Shown here: positions 39,880-44,617 of the stretch, piece after piece
Layout of the letters: every line of letters starts with the position of its first letter
Numbering within the stretch: position 1 is the first letter of the stretch
Source of the DNA: an uncultured Candidatus Peribacteria bacterium
GTDB lineage: Bacteria > Patescibacteriota > Gracilibacteria > Peribacterales > Peribacteraceae
DNA length: 44,617 nt
Direction: 5' to 3'
NCBI GenBank assembly: GCA_964478005.1
Contig: CAYZGJ010000001.1
Location: 1-44,617, forward strand
Program-made: the position numbers and the translations under genes
The notes under the pieces: model-generated
Database searches by the model: none
Told to the model about the DNA's origin: nothing
The model's input: the letters and a program-made list of their open reading frames with translations, nothing else

Positions 39880-42263
39880 TCCTGCCCTTCTTTTCCAGTC
39901 GCGGCGTCCTGGGGCTCAACGCGCGTAACCTGCTGTACATCAAGCCCTTCAATCCCCGCAAGGCGATCGCCTTCGCGGATGACAAGCTGAAGACGAAGGC
40001 CTATCTCGCGGCGCGGGGCATTCCCGTCGCCCGGATCTACGCGCGCATCGAATCGCGCCGGCAGCTGCGGTCCTTTGACTTCTCCACCCTGCCCGACCAG
40101 TGCGTGCTGAAGCCGAAGTACGGTTTCGGCGGCGGGGGCATCAAGGTGCTCAAGGGGCGCAAAGACGGCGTCTTTCTGGAGCAGGGGAAGATCCCGGTCA
40201 CGTACCGCGACCTCACCGAACACATCGAGGACATTCTGGACGGCAAGTACTCCATCAACGGCATGCACGATACGGCCTTCTTCGAGAAGATCCTGGAGGC
40301 CGATCCGGCGTTCGCGCCGCTGCGTCCGGCGGGCCTTCCCGACATCCGCATCGTCGTCTTCAATCTGGTGCCGGTGATGGCGATGCTGCGGATCCCCACG
40401 GCGGCCAGCGGCGGCAAGGCCAACGTGCACCTGGGCGGGATCGGCATCGGGATCGACCTGGCGACAGGGCGGACGACCTTCGCGACGCAGTACAACAAGC
40501 GCATCCATGTCCTGCCGCACGGCGGGTCTCCCTCAGGCATCCAGATTCCGCACTGGGAAGAGTTGCTGCGCATTGCTTCGCGTATCCAGGAGCTCACGAA
40601 CATCGGCTACCTCGCAGTGGATCTGACGCTCGACCGCGAACAGGGCCCCGTGCTGCTGGAGGTCAATGCGCGCGCGGGACTGATGGTGCAGGTGGCCAAC
40701 CTCGCGCCGCTGCGCGCGCGGTTGGAGCGCGTGAGCGGCGTGCGCGTGCAGAGCGTGGAGAAGGGCGTGCGTCTCGCGCAGGATCTGTTTGGGGCCAAGC
40801 GGCCGGCACGCGCGACGGACACGGCGCCCGATCGACCGGTCCTGGGCACGCGGGAACTGCTGAGCATCAGCGGGACCGGAGCGACCGTCGATGTCCCCGC
40901 CCTCCTGTCCCCCGACCACGAACGGACCGTCTTCGCGCCGGATCTGCTGGCCGAACTGATCCGGGCCGGCGCGGCGGAGGTCGAGAGTGAGACGGACCGC
41001 ACCTTCCGCGTGAAGTTCACGCTGGGTGGGCGGCGCATGCAGACCATCGTGCAGGAGGGGGAAGTGGAGCCGCCGTCCGTCCGCGCCCTGGTGGGCCGGC
41101 GCGACCTGAAAGGGTTTCTCATCGATCCGGACAAGGCCGCCGCGTTTACCATCCTGCGCCCCGCCGTCCGTGAGGATCTGCGCGCCATCGACAAGACCCT
41201 TGCGCAGATCGATCACGACCTGGTGCTGCTCCCCCATGTGAAGCCGTCCAACCTGCTGCAGGAGCGTGAGAAACTGCTGGTGGATCCCGCGTACAATCCG
41301 TTCTTCACCTACGATCCCCCCCGCCTGCCGCTCGATGACATCGAGGCGCGTCTGCTGAACCTGTCCATTGAAGATTCGCCCATGGGCACGCTCTTCCAGA
41401 AGAAGCGGCACGAGCTCCTGCTGCGCATCGCGCTCATCCGCGCCCGGGGCTCCGCGCGCGCGTTCACGGAAGCTTCCGTGGCGCTCTTCGGGCGGCCCAC
41501 GACCACGCTGCTGACCGCTGCAGCCGCCGATCTGCGCCGGCATGCTTCCGCGTCCGCAAAGACCGATCCCAATGATACCCTGACCGCAGAGGAGGCTGCC
41601 GCTTTGTTCCGCGAGGCGCTGGACCGCTACGCGCTGGACAACTGGAAGGTGTCCGTGCGGGAGGAGACGGTCGCCCGCGTGACGGTCGGCGGCAGCTCCG
41701 TGGTGCTGCGGGGGAGCGCCACCTTCGCCAAGGCTTCCCTGCGCGGCCTCATCGCGCACGAGATCGAGACGCATGTGCTCACGGCGGAGAACGGCGCGCA
41801 CCAGCCCTTCGAGCTCTTCCGCCGCGGCTGCGCCCACTATCTGGATACCCAGGAAGGCCTGGCCATTTTCAATCAGAACCGCTTCCTGCCTGCGGGACAC
41901 GAGAAGCGCGTGGGGCCCGCCCGCAACATGCTCGGCGCGGCGTACGCCCTGGAGCACTCGTTCGTGGAGACGCGCCGGTCGCTGGAGGAAGACCTGGGCT
42001 ACGAGCCGTCCAAGGCGCTGAGCAAGGCGATGGAACTCAAACGGGGACTCGGCGACACAGCGGAACCCGGCGGCTTCACCAAGGGGATCGTCTACGAGCG
42101 GGGACTGCGCGCCATCGAGCAGTACCTGGCGCAGGGCGGAGACATCCTGCGACTGTACATGGGCAAGATCGCGCTGGAGGACCTGCCGCTCCTGGAACAG
42201 GTACCCGATCTGAAGCCGCCGGTGCTGCTGCCGGAGTTCCTCCGGATGACCAAATCGCCATGA
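39876..42263 (+). CDS. fusion protein: alpha-L-glutamate-ligase-like ATP-grasp enzyme plus DUF1704 (QEGLA-motif, MATCAP-like) metallopeptidase domain
   Basis: The start overlaps the upstream stop (ATGA). N-terminus GLNARNLLYIKPFNPRKAIAFADDKLKTKAYLAARGIPV...CVLKPKYGFGGGGIKVL...LAVDLTLD...LLEVNARAG. C-terminus HEIETH (41757-41774) and TQEGLA (41850-41864). Confidence 0.8.
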   Translation: MILPFFSSRGVLGLNARNLLYIKPFNPRKAIAFADDKLKTKAYLAARGIPVARIYARIESRRQLRSFDFSTLPDQCVLKPKYGFGGGGIKVLKGRKDGVFLEQGKIPVTYRDLTEHIEDILDGKYSINGMHDTAFFEKILEADPAFAPLRPAGLPDIRIVVFNLVPVMAMLRIPTAASGGKANVHLGGIGIGIDLATGRTTFATQYNKRIHVLPHGGSPSGIQIPHWEELLRIASRIQELTNIGYLAVDLTLDREQGPVLLEVNARAGLMVQVANLAPLRARLERVSGVRVQSVEKGVRLAQDLFGAKRPARATDTAPDRPVLGTRELLSISGTGATVDVPALLSPDHERTVFAPDLLAELIRAGAAEVESETDRTFRVKFTLGGRRMQTIVQEGEVEPPSVRALVGRRDLKGFLIDPDKAAAFTILRPAVREDLRAIDKTLAQIDHDLVLLPHVKPSNLLQEREKLLVDPAYNPFFTYDPPRLPLDDIEARLLNLSIEDSPMGTLFQKKRHELLLRIALIRARGSARAFTEASVALFGRPTTTLLTAAAADLRRHASASAKTDPNDTLTAEEAAALFREALDRYALDNWKVSVREETVARVTVGGSSVVLRGSATFAKASLRGLIAHEIETHVLTAENGAHQPFELFRRGCAHYLDTQEGLAIFNQNRFLPAGHEKRVGPARNMLGAAYALEHSFVETRRSLEEDLGYEPSKALSKAMELKRGLGDTAEPGGFTKGIVYERGLRAIEQYLAQGGDILRLYMGKIALEDLPLLEQVPDLKPPVLLPEFLRMTKSP

Positions 42264-42297
42264 CCCATGGCCAAAACGAAAGCACCCAATCCCAATG

Positions 42298-42337
42298 ACC
42301 CATGACCAAATCTCTTCGGAGTGCATTGGTCATGGGT
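42298..42337. terminator. bidirectional hairpin between convergent genes
   Basis: 12-bp stem ACCCATGACCAA / TTGGTCATGGGT. The 16-nt loop contains CTC-TTCG-GAG. Lies between the ATP-grasp fusion stop and the rplY stop. Confidence 0.5.
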
Positions 42338-42343
42338 GCTTGG

Positions 42344-42997
42344 TCATTCTTTCTTGTCTTCCTCTTTCTTCTCTCCCTCTCCCGCCGCACCGTCGGCAGC
42401 GGCTGCCTCGCCTTCCGCGGCGGCAACCGGCTGCGGTTCAGGCTCCTCCTCGCGCGGCTCCTGGGCGATGACGAGTACTTCGTCGGGGTCATTGAGAATC
42501 GTGACGCCCTCGGGCGCCTTCAGGTCGGCGACGGTCAGGGTGCCGTCGAGCTCCTCCAGCTTGGTCATGTCCAGCTCCAGGTCGTGGGGCAGCTTGGCGG
42601 GCAGCGCCCGGACCGTCACGGTGTCGAGCGGCGTGACGAGGATCGCGCCCAGGTTCTTCACGGCGGGCGCTTCGCCCTCGTGGCGGATCTGCACCTCGGC
42701 CTCCACTTCCTTCTTCATGTCCACGGCGTAGAAGTCCACGTGCGTCAGGCGGTCGGTCACCGGATCGAGCTCCAGCGCGTGGAAGAGGACGGGCAGCGTC
42801 CTGCCCTCCAGGTCGATCTCCACCAGCGTGCTCTCGCCCGCCTTCCGGTAGGCGCGCAGGAGGTCCATCTCCCCGACGGCGATCAGCGTGTTGTCCGTGT
42901 TGCCGTAGATGACGCCCGGGACTTTTCCTTCCCGGCGCAGGATGCGGGCGGGGGTCTGGGTGGTGCGGGCGGCGACGGCGAGGGTGACGGAGTCCAT
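42344..42997 (-). CDS. rplY: 50S ribosomal protein L25 / general stress protein Ctc, with acidic tail
   Basis: ARILRREGKVPGVIYG...LVEIDLEG...VLFHALELDPVTDRLTHVDF. Start at ATG 42997. Candidate promoter TTGACC-17-TACCCT lies upstream. Confidence 0.88.
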   Translation of the reverse strand: MDSVTLAVAARTTQTPARILRREGKVPGVIYGNTDNTLIAVGEMDLLRAYRKAGESTLVEIDLEGRTLPVLFHALELDPVTDRLTHVDFYAVDMKKEVEAEVQIRHEGEAPAVKNLGAILVTPLDTVTVRALPAKLPHDLELDMTKLEELDGTLTVADLKAPEGVTILNDPDEVLVIAQEPREEEPEPQPVAAAEGEAAAADGAAGEGEKKEEDKKE

Positions 42998-43066
42998 GGG
43001 GGATGGGCGAAAACGGGCTCGTAGGGTACGGGATGGCGTTCGGACGGTCAATGGGAATGTGTGGCG

Positions 43067-43094
43067 GTAGAGGCGCAAAATCTTGCGTCTGTAC
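43067..43094. repeat. REP-like palindrome GTAGAGGCGCAAAATCTTGCGTCTGTAC
   Basis: Degenerate copy of 15886-15913. An additional half-site GCGTCTCTAC lies at 43107-43116. Confidence 0.8.
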
Positions 43095-43112
43095 CACCCA
43101 TATGCCGCGTCT

Positions 43113-44000
43113 CTACCGCCATTTCCAGAAATACCGCATCGCGCTCGCCAGGTGGATGCGCACCGTCCGTTTGGTGAAGATCGACAGGAATCCGCCCTCG
43201 CTCAGCCGTTGGTGGCCGTCCAACGCGCAGACCTGCGGATCGTAGACCACCCGCTTGCCCGCCTGCCACACCCTGCGGCAGAGATCCGTATCCTCGAAGA
43301 ACAAGAAGAAGCGCGGGTCGAATCCTCCCCACTGCTCATAGCATGACCGTTTCAGCAGGATGCACCCCCCCGCCAGCCAGTCGACATCGCGCGTGCGTCC
43401 GGGGTCGCCGTCCTCGCCCAGGGCGCGGGCCAGCCGTGCGCGGAAGAGGAAGCGCAGCGGCGTGCGCTTGATGAGGATGTCCGCGGGGCGGGGGAACGGG
43501 CGGCCGGAGGGGCGGATCGTGCCGTCGGGGTACCGCAGCTGCGGACCGAGGATGCCGATGGAGTCGTCGGCTTCCATGGTCTGCACCATCCGCTCCAGCC
43601 CGTCGGGCGGCAGCGTGACGTCCGGGTTGATGATGAGGAGGTACGTCCCCGTGGCATGCCGGATGCCCGCGGCGTTGCCCTGCCCGTAGCCCAGATTCTT
43701 CCGCGTCTCCACGATGCGTATCCCCGGCTCTTTCCCGAACGTATTGCGCAGCAGCCCGATGGAATCATCCTGCGAGTGATTGTCCACGATGATGATTTCG
43801 AGAAAAGTGTCAGGGTGAGTCCTTCGGCCCTGCTCAGGACAGGCCTGCCGAACCATGGATTGCTGTTGCAGCGCCCGCACGCACCGCACCGTGCGCCGGG
43901 CTTCCCAGGTGTTGAGGACGATGGCGGAGACGGAGCAATGGATAATGGATAATGGATAATGGATACTGACGAGGGTCCAATGATGAATGCCAACTGTCAA
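43113..44000 (-). CDS. family 2 glycosyltransferase
   Basis: SAIVLNTW...IIIVDNHSQDDS...GYGQGNNAG-like GYGQGNAAG...LLIINPDV...FFLFFEDTDLCRR. The only canonical start upstream of the first beta strand is TTG 44000, so the heptamer repeat falls inside the predicted N-terminus. Confidence 0.8.
   Translation of the reverse strand: MTVGIHHWTLVSIHYPLSIIHCSVSAIVLNTWEARRTVRCVRALQQQSMVRQACPEQGRRTHPDTFLEIIIVDNHSQDDSIGLLRNTFGKEPGIRIVETRKNLGYGQGNAAGIRHATGTYLLIINPDVTLPPDGLERMVQTMEADDSIGILGPQLRYPDGTIRPSGRPFPRPADILIKRTPLRFLFRARLARALGEDGDPGRTRDVDWLAGGCILLKRSCYEQWGGFDPRFFLFFEDTDLCRRVWQAGKRVVYDPQVCALDGHQRLSEGGFLSIFTKRTVRIHLASAMRYFWKWR
43937..43964. repeat. heptamer microsatellite (AATGGAT)x4
   Basis: Four perfect copies, translated SIHYPLSIIH in the GT2 frame. 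Confidence 0.95.
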
Positions 44001-44023
44001 AGGACCAATGCCGAATGAATGCT

Positions 44024-44058
44024 AAATGCAAAATGCAAAATGCAAAATGCAAAATGCG
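44024..44058. repeat. heptamer microsatellite (AAATGCA)x5
   Basis: Four perfect copies plus aaatgcg, just upstream of the GT2 ORF. Confidence 0.95.
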
Positions 44059-44215
44059 AAATGGCGTGCTGAGAGGATCATCAGGGGATGGGAGTATGGT
44101 AGCATAGCAGCAGGTCTTCCTGCCTGCGCCTCCTGAATTCCGACCCGATGCCGGCAATGCTGCGAAAGCCAATCCCCGTTGACAGCGCGCCAAGCAGGCG
44201 TGGAGTCGGCCTCCT

Positions 44216-44563
44216 ATGTTTGAATACGTCTCTATTGGAGTTCGAGAGCGGTCGCAGAAGGGTCCGACTGTTGGAGCAAAAGGATATATCCCTTACCAGG
44301 GAGCAAATTTTAAGCGTTATTGGCTCTCTGTTGAGGTTCATGAAATTGAGAATGATGTATCCCAAGGGGGGATGAGTACCTATCCGTCATTTATTCCTAG
44401 GGAACAGCGTTCAGACGCGTTGCTTCACCCGTGTACAGTTGAATATTTTTGCGAGAGTCCTACAGATGAGGCTCCTGTTATCGACACACTAGATGCATAT
44501 GCGGGAGCAAGGGCAGAGCAGATGATAGAAACTCAGAACTTCCGGCACTGGTCATTAATTTAA
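44216..44563 (+). CDS. hypothetical protein (115 aa) in AT-rich terminal patch
   Basis: Longest ORF in the low-GC region at the window end. No motif recognised. A competing minus-strand ORF lies at 44081-44365. Confidence 0.3.
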   Translation: MFEYVSIGVRERSQKGPTVGAKGYIPYQGANFKRYWLSVEVHEIENDVSQGGMSTYPSFIPREQRSDALLHPCTVEYFCESPTDEAPVIDTLDAYAGARAEQMIETQNFRHWSLI

Positions 44564-44617
44564 ATGGCTATCTAGTTAAGGCAGCAAATGGTGTTGTCTC
44601 CTTTTCTAGACAGGCAA

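Overview
Gene-dense, high-GC bacterial chromosome segment (roughly two thirds G+C by eye). Most genes are housekeeping: folA 3' part, yhhQ-like transporter, secD, rlmD, rlmH, tRNA-Glu, DEAD-box helicase, archaeal-type PEP carboxylase, aminotransferase, rlmI, Nramp, Hsp20, proS, hpf and rplY. Visibly AT-richer accessory patches interrupt them at about 470-1210, 9640-10390, 11800-13960, 25600-26270, 32300-37860 and 44060-44617. Six things stand out. (1) A low-GC orphan four-gene cluster is built around a 1346-aa hairpin-anchored helical protein (32376-37857). (2) A 7TM protein is translationally coupled to an ATP-grasp peptide ligase fused to a DUF1704/MATCAP-like HExxxH peptidase (38338-42263). 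(3) Three consecutive cassettes (NYN gene; tRNA-Glu; ABC exporter block) are each bracketed by a duplicated 3' end of the upstream gene. (4) A GTAGAGACG-type REP palindrome family occurs with two RAYT-like Y1 transposase genes, one inactivated by a Trp-to-TAG change. The palindrome sits inside both RAYT reading frames and supplies stop codons to three host genes. (5) SecD carries an embedded parvulin PPIase domain and is preceded by a SecD-P1-like lipoprotein, with no adjacent secF. (6) Many AT-rich heptamer microsatellites lie in 5' regions, and a TAnnnT -10 box recurs 6-10 nt upstream of start codons, suggesting leaderless mRNAs. No rRNA genes and no CRISPR array are present. All functional calls come from motif recognition by eye; no database searches were run.
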